A DNA stretch of 64,000 bases from an uncultured virus (IMG/VR IMGVR_UViG_2061766007_000422) (IMGVR_UViG_2061766007_000422); one strand, 5' to 3'; positions 17,619 through 27,077 are shown, counted from the first letter of the stretch. Translations and numbers: made by a program. The notes: generated by a model from the sequence alone, not told the origin.

Positions 17619-17924
17619 ATGAAATGTATTGCCGATTTATACTATGATAACGTGACTCGTAAATGGTATGACTATCCTGTGCGCCCGGAGGCGTTTCACT
17701 ACGATGGTATGGCGCATCAAGGCAAAACAATCCATATCTATCACCAGGACGGCAATTGCTCTATCGGTTTTATGTTTGGAGAAAAACAATACACTTTTGA
17801 CCCAGACGAACTGATAAGGCATCGCGCTGACTATCAAGCAAAACGGAAAGCGTTACACGAAAGAAACCAACTGTTAGCCAGGATTGCCACTTATGATGAT
17901 GAAACACTCTCTCTCATTGTTTAA
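17619..17924 (+). CDS. Hypothetical protein
   Basis: Start MKCIA; promoter 17560-17589. Confidence 0.7.
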   Translation: MKCIADLYYDNVTRKWYDYPVRPEAFHYDGMAHQGKTIHIYHQDGNCSIGFMFGEKQYTFDPDELIRHRADYQAKRKALHERNQLLARIATYDDETLSLIV

Positions 17925-18059
17925 TTGGTGGAAAAGGAAAAAGGGGATTGATAAAATTCCCCTCTTTTTTTTATTACCCGGTTACTTTTACACTTTAGCG
18001 TGCTAAAGTGCCACGGACTATAAAACGTGGAGTTGTTACCAAACTCCACGAAAAGGGGA

Positions 18060-18257
18060 CTACTTATTAGTGTACTTTATTATTCCTCTCATAATCGCGC
18101 GAATCACCTGCACTAGTGAAATGAGGAAAAACAGTTTGAAACCAAATGGAGGCAAATTAAATTCCCACGCTATTATCCCCCAAATTTCTGCGATAACTAG
18201 GGGAAGGATAACTAATTTAATGCTAAACGTGACGATGGCGCTAATAAGTGTCTTCAT
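18060..18257 (-). CDS. Small two-TM membrane protein
   Basis: 65 aa hydrophobic; RBS and promoter. Confidence 0.65.
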   Translation of the reverse strand: MKTLISAIVTFSIKLVILPLVIAEIWGIIAWEFNLPPFGFKLFFLISLVQVIRAIMRGIIKYTNK

Positions 18258-18405
18258 GGTGTGAAATCTCCTCTCTTTTTTATGCCCCTATTATATCACC
18301 CATTTATCCGGGTGTCAATAGTTTTTATGTTAAATGCGTGTTAAAAAGGCGGCCGGCCGCGATCTTAATCTGAAATTAACAATGGCGCGAAAAAAAGAGT
18401 TTGGA

Positions 18406-18573
18406 CTATTCAAGTCCAAACTCTTCGGGGTTGGCGTTGATGTACGCCTGGATGTATTCCCAAACCCCAGTGGCATCGGCGCCATTTTCAAATTGCGTGA
18501 AAACTTCAATAGTTACATCGGCTTCAAATCCAAATGCCTTAATTGCGAAATCCTGTACATTTTCTTTAGTCAT
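18406..18573 (-). CDS. Acidic hypothetical protein
   Basis: Start MTKEN after GGAGG. Confidence 0.65.
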   Translation of the reverse strand: MTKENVQDFAIKAFGFEADVTIEVFTQFENGADATGVWEYIQAYINANPEEFGLE

Positions 18574-18683
18574 TGTTTTGTCCTCCCTCATTTTCTAGAT
18601 AAATTATATCATATAATCTGGCCGGTGTCAATAGGTTGAATGTTAATAGTGTGTTAATGATTTCTTCCGGTGCGTGATGCCCT

Positions 18684-18965
18684 TTACAAGGGCATCACTT
18701 CGCCTGTCTCAATGTTCATCTTTAGTCCATCTTGCCAAAGTGATTTGGCTGTGTAATAGTCAAATCCCAACGCACGCATAAACCACCCGATGTGTTTTAT
18801 GGTAGTGCGTGAATATGTGCCAGTACAACGCAACCAATTATTCTCAATGATAACCACATCCGTGGAATAACTACGAAGAGTTATATCTCCATTGGTGTAG
18901 TGGATGACGCCACATTGCGCGTATTTGTGTCCGTTGATGTATGCTGTGTAGTCGTAGTGCTTCAT
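18684..18965 (-). CDS. Hypothetical phage protein
   Basis: 93 aa; LRSYST.V..TGTYSRTT.KHI..F motif. Confidence 0.75.
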   Translation of the reverse strand: MKHYDYTAYINGHKYAQCGVIHYTNGDITLRSYSTDVVIIENNWLRCTGTYSRTTIKHIGWFMRALGFDYYTAKSLWQDGLKMNIETGEVMPL

Positions 18966-19214
18966 TGTTTTGTTCTCCTCTCTCTTGATGCTTCAATTAT
19001 ACCGCATTAACCGTCTGTTGTCAATACCTTGTATGTAAAGAGTTGGTTAAGTTTCGCGCCGGCCAATCGCTTAACACTCCTATAACATAGGGAAGAGCGC
19101 TTGCGCGCTCTTCACTCCATTGTCTTGATATACTCTTCTGCGTCTACCTTTTCTATGATGTATACATTATATCATGTTTGCGCCCGCAAGTCAAGTTAAG
19201 AGTTTGTTAAGTCG

Positions 19215-19523
19215 TTAGCAGTACACTAACGACATATCAGACCACTTAAGCACACTTATTTGATTATGCTCTCTGCCCACTTTCAACGCTTCGGTTTTTG
19301 TTGCTACTCTATGAGATTTATCTATATAGTACACGCCATCACTGTACCACACGCCGCAGTTGCCATTCATGCGCTTCATTGCTTCAACCGCTTCATTTAT
19401 ATCTTTCGTCTCTATTCCTTCGGTCGCTACTTGATAACCCGTCTTATAGATCACTTCATTAAACGCCTTCATGGTCAATCCGTCATTGTTGTTCAGTGTG
19501 CTCAGTCTTTCATAAAGTGTCAT
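19215..19523 (-). CDS. Hypothetical phage protein
   Basis: Start MTLYE; G.W....YYID.S..V....EA...G...NQIS motif. Confidence 0.75.
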   Translation of the reverse strand: MTLYERLSTLNNNDGLTMKAFNEVIYKTGYQVATEGIETKDINEAVEAMKRMNGNCGVWYSDGVYYIDKSHRVATKTEALKVGREHNQISVLKWSDMSLVYC

Positions 19524-19681
19524 TGCTTTATTGCCCCTCTCATTTGATGATATAATTATATTATATTCCGGAGGATTTGTCAATACCTACAATGTTAATT
19601 GTTCATTAACTTTGGCGCCAGCAGTCAATACTTTTACCCGCGCAGAGCTTAACGCAGCCGTAGCACAGGTTGAGGAGAGCC

Positions 19682-19855
19682 TCAGCTCTCCTCAATGTAG
19701 GTCATCTTGTCAATGACCAGCCCGCCTTCTAGCTCCCATTGGCCATAGTCGTGATCCAGCGCCCAACCCATAGCGCCGTCATAGGTCTTGCAGGTCTTTA
19801 AGTTGCGACAGGTATCCGCAGTGCGCACGATGTAAACAGTGATGGTCTTTTTCAT
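19682..19855 (-). CDS. Hypothetical protein (57 aa)
   Basis: MKKTITVYIVRTADT...IEES; stop lies inside hairpin 19670-19695. Confidence 0.6.
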   Translation of the reverse strand: MKKTITVYIVRTADTCRNLKTCKTYDGAMGWALDHDYGQWELEGGLVIDKMTYIEES

Positions 19856-20008
19856 AGGTCTTGTCCTCTCTCTTTAGGCTTCGCCTAATTATACCGCATT
19901 CAGCCGATTATTGCAAGCACTTTACAAACTTTTAACATTCGCGCACGGCAAGATCGTTAACCCGGATTTAACATTATAGACAAAAAAATAAAGGGCTTTA
20001 CAGCCCTT

Positions 20009-20224
20009 TTAATATTCCTGCCAGTTTACTTTGTTCAATTCTACATATTCAGCAAAGGCAGGCACATGGTCAATCAGTATCATTATTATATCATCATCAT
20101 CGGTGTAAATTATTGCGCAACGTCTAGCAATCTCTTCACAGCCCGCGAGAAAAGCCATTTCCGGATCAAGCATTTTGTTCTGCATAGCTTTTTCCATGAT
20201 GTCAATAACTTGTTTAAGTATCAT
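20009..20224 (-). CDS. Hypothetical protein
   Basis: 71 aa, coupled to the upstream ORF. Confidence 0.65.
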   Translation of the reverse strand: MILKQVIDIMEKAMQNKMLDPEMAFLAGCEEIARRCAIIYTDDDDIIMILIDHVPAFAEYVELNKVNWQEY

Positions 20225-20442
20225 TATTCTATCCCCCTTTTATAAAGTGCTTCTAAGTAGCTTTTTGTCACGCCTGCAAAATATCCTATACAGCTTTCTT
20301 TTTTTCCGTCTTGAGCTTTTATTTGAACGCCATTAACAAAAACGTCAAAATTCATATGACAGGTAATGTCAAACATAGCTTCAACCGAAGGCGCCATAAT
20401 TGTAACCTGTTCTCCATTGATTATTGCGATAGCTTTAAACAT
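20224..20442 (-). CDS. Hypothetical protein
   Basis: 72 aa with RBS. Confidence 0.65.
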   Translation of the reverse strand: MFKAIAIINGEQVTIMAPSVEAMFDITCHMNFDVFVNGVQIKAQDGKKESCIGYFAGVTKSYLEALYKRGIE

Positions 20443-20478
20443 TTTTGTATCCCCTTTCTTATTGTAGCTTGCGGGGCT

Positions 20479-20946
20479 TTACAGCCCCGCTCGAGCTATT
20501 GCATTCAGTGTTGTTCTTTCGTTGGCTATCTCAGCCCGTTCAAATTTTATCTGTACCTCTGCCCCGTTGTACTGCATATCACCCGCTAGGTCAAAGCTTT
20601 TGCCGTCTTGCCTGTCCCGTTTTTCGCCAGTAAAATACTTAACACAGTAGCATTCAAAGTTTACGCCCCTGTTTTTGTAGCTTGTGCAGGTCATTACAGT
20701 TTTTTCGTCACCTATGTAAATAGCTTTTTTACTATTGATTAGAGCAGATTTTGCAAAGCTATCAAAGTCAAGGCGGATTTTATAGCTAGCCCCTTTTGCG
20801 TGGCTAGTCACGTCATCACGGAGCCAGCGTTTATTTAACGTATCTGTAAAGAAAGCGTAAACCCGGCCCCGAAAGCTGAAGCCTAGCAAATACAAACTAT
20901 CAGCCTTTACGGTTGCGTGTAAATCTAACAAAGTCTGCCTGTTCAT
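20479..20946 (-). CDS. Putative PD-(D/E)xK-like protein (family D)
   Basis: NRGVNFE..GDM...VQIKF..AEI.NERT. Confidence 0.7.
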   Translation of the reverse strand: MNRQTLLDLHATVKADSLYLLGFSFRGRVYAFFTDTLNKRWLRDDVTSHAKGASYKIRLDFDSFAKSALINSKKAIYIGDEKTVMTCTSYKNRGVNFECYCVKYFTGEKRDRQDGKSFDLAGDMQYNGAEVQIKFERAEIANERTTLNAIARAGL

Positions 20947-20964
20947 TGTTCTAGCCCCTTTCAT

Positions 20965-21138
20965 TTAGTATATTGTGTAAATAATATGCGCGCTGTATGG
21001 GATAGTATCATACTCAGCTTCTACGTCCTTTAAAAATTTAAAGGCTTCCACGGCATGAGTGAATTTTTGTTCACGGCATACATAAGCTGTATATGTGCCG
21101 TACGTTTGACGCCAACAAACCACAAAATGTTTTCTCAT
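20965..21138 (-). CDS. Hypothetical protein (57 aa), first gene of the array
   Basis: MRKHFVVCWRQTYG...; RBS GAGG; promoter TAGACA 21195-21200/TATAAT 21172-21177. Confidence 0.6.
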   Translation of the reverse strand: MRKHFVVCWRQTYGTYTAYVCREQKFTHAVEAFKFLKDVEAEYDTIPYSAHIIYTIY

Positions 21139-21486
21139 AATGGTTGACCTCTTTCGTTATTTTCTGATGAAATTATACACCCGCCCGCCTTTTTTGTCTA
21201 TGTATTTTATGTTAAAAGAATATATCACTTTTGTTAACTATTTACAGGGCGGTTTGTAAAAATTGTAACACTTTCGTAATAATTAAAAAAGTAGGCAAGT
21301 CAGCAAAATATTATGAAATGATTACGGAATTAACATAGTAGACGTAATATTTTGTAAAGTTTTTGTAATAATTTCAGACCCCGGCGGTGTATTACAGGAA
21401 TGTTACAAATGTTAAGATTGTGTTAAGCCTTTACCTGCCCAAATTCCACCAACTTTTTTATTTTCAACTTTTTAAAAACCTAATAC

Positions 21487-21515
21487 TTGACTTTTGTTAA
21501 ATTTTGTGTTATAAT
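21487..21515 (+). promoter_or_regulatory. SigA-type promoter of the packaging/virion operon
   Basis: TTGACT-N17-TGtTATAAT; RBS AGGAGG before 21540. Confidence 0.75.
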
Positions 21516-21539
21516 ACATATGTAAAAAAATAGGAGGAA

Positions 21540-22832
21540 ATGCCTATGAAAAAACCCTACACCCTAGATTATAGTATTGAGCGAGATGTAGACCGCCTAA
21601 AAGCTGTCCAAGAAATTCTTGACTCATTAGATAAAAATCCATCGCCCACTGAATTAGAACAAATGGGCTCATATATATTATACGGAAAAGACGAGGAAGG
21701 CCGCAATGCCTACCAGAGAGGAGAAATGCTGCGCGACGCCCGCTATAATTCCTACAAAACCAAAGATGACGAAGTAACTTCGCTAGACGAAATACTTGAA
21801 AACCCACTCGCAGACCACCAGCAATTCAAAGAACTTGGCGCTCGCGACCGCTACATCGCGCCGCGCACTACCATCAAACGCCCCAAATATGACCGCGAAG
21901 GCAATCTTATAGATGCGGGCGACTCCGATATTCCTGGTATGCGCGAACTATGGGAATGTATTGACCGCAACGAGCACTGGATAGCGGTTCTTGAAGGTAA
22001 GGTTCCCGCCACGGGTGGTGAAATGCTTTTCACCAATCCTTACCGTCTTTATCGCCTCAAACACGCTCTAATAGATATGCGCCGACACCAATACTACCTC
22101 AAAGATTCCTACAAACCTACAATTCATTTCCTCGCGGCCGACCATCCTAAACGCCAATACATAAATTGGTCAAGCGATACATTCTACTGGATTTCGCGCG
22201 AAGAATGGGAACGCCGCATCAATTCCACCTACTTTCCTATTTCCAAAAACATTGAAGATTACGAAACCCGTAATAATGGCGCCGAAGTTAAGTGGGTAGT
22301 GCGCCGCCACACATTTGATTGGGAGAACCCCGTTCACGTTTATGCCCTAATATGTAATTATTTCAATATGAACAACCTACTTTGGGACAAACTTGATACT
22401 GACGGCAAAGCCTTACTTCTAGATTTTGACCGCTATCGCGCGATGGCCCCTCTTTCTGAGGCCCGCAATTTCATTCTTGATTGTAAAATCGCGCAATGGA
22501 CGCAAGCCGAAATACGCGAAGCCCTACAAATTAAGTTTGGATTAGCATACGGCGAAAATCGTCTTTACACTATCATCTGCCACGAAATACCAGACGCAAT
22601 CGTCGCGGCCATCAAGCGCTATCACCTCATCATCAATACGCCCGAAAAAGACAAGAAAATTTGCCCACGTTGCGGCCGCCTGCTGCCCAAAACACCGCTC
22701 TTCTGGGTAGTCAACAATAGTCGCAAAGACAAACTTAATAAATATTGTAAAGACTGCGAGCGCGAACATCGTATAGAAAGGGGGACACAGAAACAAAATG
22801 ATGGAAGAAAAAAAGAAACGCACGTGCATTAA
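21540..22832 (+). CDS. Hypothetical protein with C-terminal Zn-finger
   Basis: 430 aa; CPRC...CKDC. Confidence 0.8.
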   Translation: MPMKKPYTLDYSIERDVDRLKAVQEILDSLDKNPSPTELEQMGSYILYGKDEEGRNAYQRGEMLRDARYNSYKTKDDEVTSLDEILENPLADHQQFKELGARDRYIAPRTTIKRPKYDREGNLIDAGDSDIPGMRELWECIDRNEHWIAVLEGKVPATGGEMLFTNPYRLYRLKHALIDMRRHQYYLKDSYKPTIHFLAADHPKRQYINWSSDTFYWISREEWERRINSTYFPISKNIEDYETRNNGAEVKWVVRRHTFDWENPVHVYALICNYFNMNNLLWDKLDTDGKALLLDFDRYRAMAPLSEARNFILDCKIAQWTQAEIREALQIKFGLAYGENRLYTIICHEIPDAIVAAIKRYHLIINTPEKDKKICPRCGRLLPKTPLFWVVNNSRKDKLNKYCKDCEREHRIERGTQKQNDGRKKETHVH

Positions 22833-23742
22833 GTGCAAACAAGAAAAACCCGAATCTAATTTCCAATACACGCCCTCTAACTTCTTTCCTGCGCATCGCT
22901 GCTACATTTGCACTTCCTGCCTTGAAACTATGGTGCCGCAAGACAACTTGGGTGAGGTAGACCGTTTAATGCGCTGGTTAGACCTTCCTTTTGACCTTGA
23001 TAAATGGACTGCCTTATATGCTACCCACGGGGGGCATACGTTATCGGCCTATTTCAATCTTCTTCTAGATGACCACTATCAAGCATTACAATGGGCTGAT
23101 GAAAATGAGCGTTGGCGCTTGGCGCGCGAAGAAGGCACAATAGATGAAGAAATACAAGTAGTGAATGACGCCAAAATGCGCCGACTCAAACGAGAATGGG
23201 CGCCGACCTACACAAACGATGAACTTCTATTTTTAGAAGATTATTATAATCAAATTCTTGCGACCCAAAATGTTTCCACCCCTATTCTTAAATCGCGGGC
23301 GCGCGACCTTTGCGAACTTACTTTGCGCACTAAAAAAGCAATGCGCGAAGGCGCTGATGTAAAAAAGGATATGGATGCTATCGCGGCAATTATAAAAGAT
23401 TGTAAGTTTGAGGCCAACAATGCTAAAAACGCCGCAGATTTTGAATCAATTGGCGAACTTATGGTGTATTACGGCAAAAAAGGTTGGCATCCAAAATGGC
23501 ATAACGAGCCGCAAGATTCTATTGATTTTATGATGGAAAATATTCAAAACTTCCTAAAGCGTTTAGTCATTAATGAAGGTAACTTTGCGGAACAAGTAGA
23601 AGACGCGCGGCAACGCTACAATATGACAGAACGTCTTGAAGAAATAGAAAATGAAGCAGTTGAGTTTGACAATACGGCCGACATTACTTATGAGGGCGAA
23701 GAAGAGTTGGAGGCTGATTTGAATAATGACCAACAACAATAA
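22798..23742 (+). CDS. Putative terminase small subunit
   Basis: N-terminal CxxC..CxxC, helical body, directly upstream of terL (positional call). Confidence 0.5.
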   Translation: MMEEKKKRTCIKCKQEKPESNFQYTPSNFFPAHRCYICTSCLETMVPQDNLGEVDRLMRWLDLPFDLDKWTALYATHGGHTLSAYFNLLLDDHYQALQWADENERWRLAREEGTIDEEIQVVNDAKMRRLKREWAPTYTNDELLFLEDYYNQILATQNVSTPILKSRARDLCELTLRTKKAMREGADVKKDMDAIAAIIKDCKFEANNAKNAADFESIGELMVYYGKKGWHPKWHNEPQDSIDFMMENIQNFLKRLVINEGNFAEQVEDARQRYNMTERLEEIENEAVEFDNTADITYEGEEELEADLNNDQQQ

Positions 23743-25518
23743 TATTTTGCGCGATGGCATACCAATTGAAAAAGGCGTCGTTTTAACTAAGGAGTTTTTG
23801 GATATAAATCGTGAACTTTTTACTAAATATTTGAATTATTGGATTTTATATCCTGATGCTTGGCTAGATGTAATACAAGATTCAGTAGATGCGCAACATT
23901 TTCATTTACTGCCCTTTCAACGAATTGCTTTGCGCGCGAGTATGCGCTATCGCTATATGTTTTGGACTGCTACACGCGCAACCTCTAAATCATTTACTGC
24001 CTACCTTGGTGCTTTCGTGCGCGCGGCCTTGTTACCAAACTCCACTATTATGATAGTATCTGATACTAAGGGCACTGTTATAAAAATCGCGCAAGCCAAG
24101 TTTGAAGAGNNNNNNNNNNNNNNNNNNNNNNNNNNNNNNNGCGCAATGAGTTAGCTACCCGTCAAGATGATGGTAAAACCGGTATAAAAACTAGCGGCAA
24201 CTATTATGAGATATATTTAAAAAATGGCAGTATGATTTCTGTTATTTCTAAAGATACTAGTCGTGGTCTGCGCGCAACCGCCGCAGTTTTAGAAGAGTGC
24301 GCGCTAATAGATGAAACACCTTTTAACGAAGTGGTTTGGCCGCAAATGAACGTTAAGCGCCGCGAACCAGATGGGTCACTCAATCTTGAAGAACCTTCAA
24401 GCCCACAAATTTTTATTACCACTGCGGCGGAACGCACCGTATTTATGTATTCTAAACTAATTGAGTGCGCGATTAACGCCGTTTTGCGCCCAAAAGAATC
24501 TTTTGTATGGGGTCTTAGTTATGAGATACCTTTACATTATGGTCTAATTGATAAAGCCACTATTATGGACCAGCGCTATTCTGCTACTGTAAGTGAAGAT
24601 TCATTCGCGCGCGAATCATTATCCATTTGGACAGGCAATAGTAAAGAAGCTTGGCTAGATTCGCGGCAACTAAATCGTCATAGAAAATTACTAAAATGTG
24701 AACGAAAAGCACAAGAAAATCCGCAGAACAAAAACATATTTTATGAAATAGCTTGCGATATAGGCCGTTATAATGCTAATACCGCAATTATGGTTACAAA
24801 AAATATTCCGCAACAAGATAGGTTTCAAAAGAATGTTGTTTATACAGAAGTAATTCATGGCGCAAATTATATCACAGAGCAAGCTCCGCGCATAAAGGAA
24901 TTAATTGAATTATACCGGCCACGCGAAGTCGTTATTGACGGTAATGGCCCTGGTATTGGTTTATTAGACGCAATGGCTTTGCCTTCCTTTGATGAAAAAA
25001 CAGGTAAGCAGTATCCGCCATATTATGTGTTTAACAATGACCATCACTTGCCCGCTGATATGAAAACGCCCACTGAAGAACCTCGCCCTGAATTTAATGC
25101 AATTATTTTTGATATTAAGGCTGGCGCGAACAACGATGATGATATTCATTCTAACTTTTTCGCGCAAATAAACAATGGTTCTGTGGCCTTTCTTGCGCAC
25201 GAGCGAGTCGTAAAAGAAAAATTAATGGCTACGAAAAAAGGTCAAAAAATGTCTTTGTATGACCGCCGCGTATATCTAATGCCCTATGAAATGACTTCTC
25301 GCCTTATGGATGAATTAAACAATTTGCGCCTAAAACCTACTGGCGTGAATAATCAATTTAAAGTAGAACGTATTTCTCGGTCTTTAGAAAAAGATAGATT
25401 TTCTGCGCTTGAATATAATTTATGGCGTATTAAATATTATGAAGATAAAGCATACAGACAAGGTAAGAAAAAAATAGAAGGTAAATTTGCTTTCTTTAGT
25501 CCTAGATCAAGGAGGTGA
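23726..25518 (+). CDS. terL: Terminase large subunit (spans N gap 24110-24140)
   Basis: Walker A ATRATSKS, Walker B-like AVLEEC, FITTA, nuclease ACDIG, IDGNG, KDRFSA; frame is open from the gap to 24232. Confidence 0.9.
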
Positions 25519-27050
25519 TTAGGTTGAGTGAATCACCACAAACAAATTTCCGTATTAAGTTAAAAAAGCCCAGTTTTAGTCCTCTAAATGAACGGTCATA
25601 TACTTTTGGCCGCTATGGATATCGTCATAATGCGGCCGTAGCCCGTGATTTTACAGAAGAAGAAATTCTTGAGATAATTCGCACTGGTGATATTGAAGAA
25701 TTGCGCGAGCTATCCCGTTATTATTATAGAACTAATAGTAACTATCGTAATAACATTGATTTTTTGGCGCACCTTTTCCTTTACGATACAATGGTTATAC
25801 CCAATTTTGAAGAAGGCAAGGGTTCTCAATCTCTTATTACTAAAGCGTTTTATGATGCCTGTAAATTTATAGATGCACTTGATGTTCCAACTACTTTTGC
25901 GCATATAACTACTGAATGGCTACTCAATGGCATTTATAATGGTATTCTGCGCAAAGATGGCGAGAAATATACTATTCAAGATTTGCCGTTACAATATTGC
26001 CGTTCTCGTTTTAAAGATTTCAACAATCTTAATATTCTTGAATTTAACATCACCTATTTTAGTCGTTTTTCAGATGAAAGACAGCGCGCGGAAATAGTAG
26101 CAACTTTTCCTGAACCAATTCAAAAGGCTTGGCGCCTTTATAGTGATGGTAAATTGGTAGATATTTGGGTGCCCATCTTCCCAACGGACGGGGGCATAAG
26201 TTTCAGTTTTCCTACTGACCAAATTCCATTACTTATTGCTAGTATTCCAGAACTGAAAAAATTAGATGATGCTACAAAACGTGAAGAAAAACGTGATGAA
26301 AACGAATTATATAAGCTACTTATACAACGTATGCCAATTGATAAGAATGGTGAATTGGTATTCCAATTAGATGAAATAGCTGATATTCACGCTTCTGTTG
26401 CGGATATGCTATCTGAATTAGACACGGTAGATGTTCTTACTACTTTTGGTGAAACCAATTTAGAAAACTTACAAGATACTACCGCCGCCANNNNNNNNNN
26501 NNNNNNNNNNNNNNNNNTGGGGTGCGCTTGGCCGCAGTGAGTTGCTATTCAATGCAGAAAATAGCTCTTCTCTCGCCTATTCTATTAAAAAAGATGAAAC
26601 AATTATGTTGGGTTATTTAAATGTTTATGAAACCTGGATTAAGTTTGTTCTTAATAAAGAATTTGCGCGAAAAGGCTTGACATTTGACTTTGAAATCTTA
26701 CTTACTACGCGCTTTAATCAGAGTGATATGCAACAGACATATTTCCGCGGCGCGCAATATGGCTATTCTAAGATGTTCGCTGGAGTTGCTATGGGCATTA
26801 AACAAATGGATCAGTTAAGTTTGATGAATTTTGAAAATGATTTCCTTAAGATGTCTGAAAAAATGATACCATTACAATCTTCTTACACTACTTCTGGAAA
26901 AACTATAGCGAATGAAGAAAAAAATAGTAATTCGTCCAATCAAACTACAATAAAAACTTCCAAGTCTAATGACATTACCAATGAAGGCGGTCGTCCAGAA
27001 CTGCCAGATGAACTAAAATCTGAGAAAACACAAGCCAATATAGAGGCTAA
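25515..27050 (+). CDS. Portal protein (spans N gap 26491-26517; probably ends in gap 27051-27077)
   Basis: Follows terL; about 500 aa; typical portal tail PLQSSYT..GGRP. Confidence 0.75.
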
Positions 27051-27077
27051 NNNNNNNNNNNNNNNNNNNNNNNNNNN

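Larger units (their letters stand above)
1930..19972. repeat. Dispersed 52-bp dyad element GTTAA-N6-GTTAA-N8-CCGG-N8-TTAAC-N6-TTAAC (at least 23 copies)
   Basis: Central CCGG at 1954, 2571, 4682, 5328, 6137, 7450, 8234, 9400, 10182, 11174, 12416, 13041, 14135, 14472, 14793, 15351, 15486, 16019, 16896, 17162, 17521, 18353, 19059, each exactly 8 bp from an inner GTTAA/GTAAA and/or TTAAC box. Off-by-one or mutated cores at 3417 (CCTGG), 4108, 18667, 19618 (CCAG), 19945 (ACGG). Clean examples: 5304-5355, 6113-6164, 7426-7477, 11150-11201, 15995-16046, 16872-16923. Confidence 0.95.
1749..21200. promoter_or_regulatory. Array of about 45 near-consensus SigA promoters, nearly one per gene
   Basis: Minus-strand promoters read ATTATA-N17-TGTCAA on +, with -35 boxes at e.g. 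2541, 4652, 5298, 6107, 7409, 8092, 8193, 10152, 12376, 14105, 14442, 15446, 16598, 18313, 19019. Plus-strand TTGACA at 12444, 16934, 17190, 17560. Confidence 0.9.

Noticed and set aside
1930..19972. CRISPR array interpretation of the repeated element
   Set aside because: Copies are degenerate and separated by 0.1-2 kb of genes rather than uniform spacers; no cas genes seen.
1930..19972. Integron attC sites
   Set aside because: Box polarity is GTT...AAC, opposite to attC (AAC...GTT); arms do not form a long hairpin; cassettes have their own promoters; no integrase in the window.
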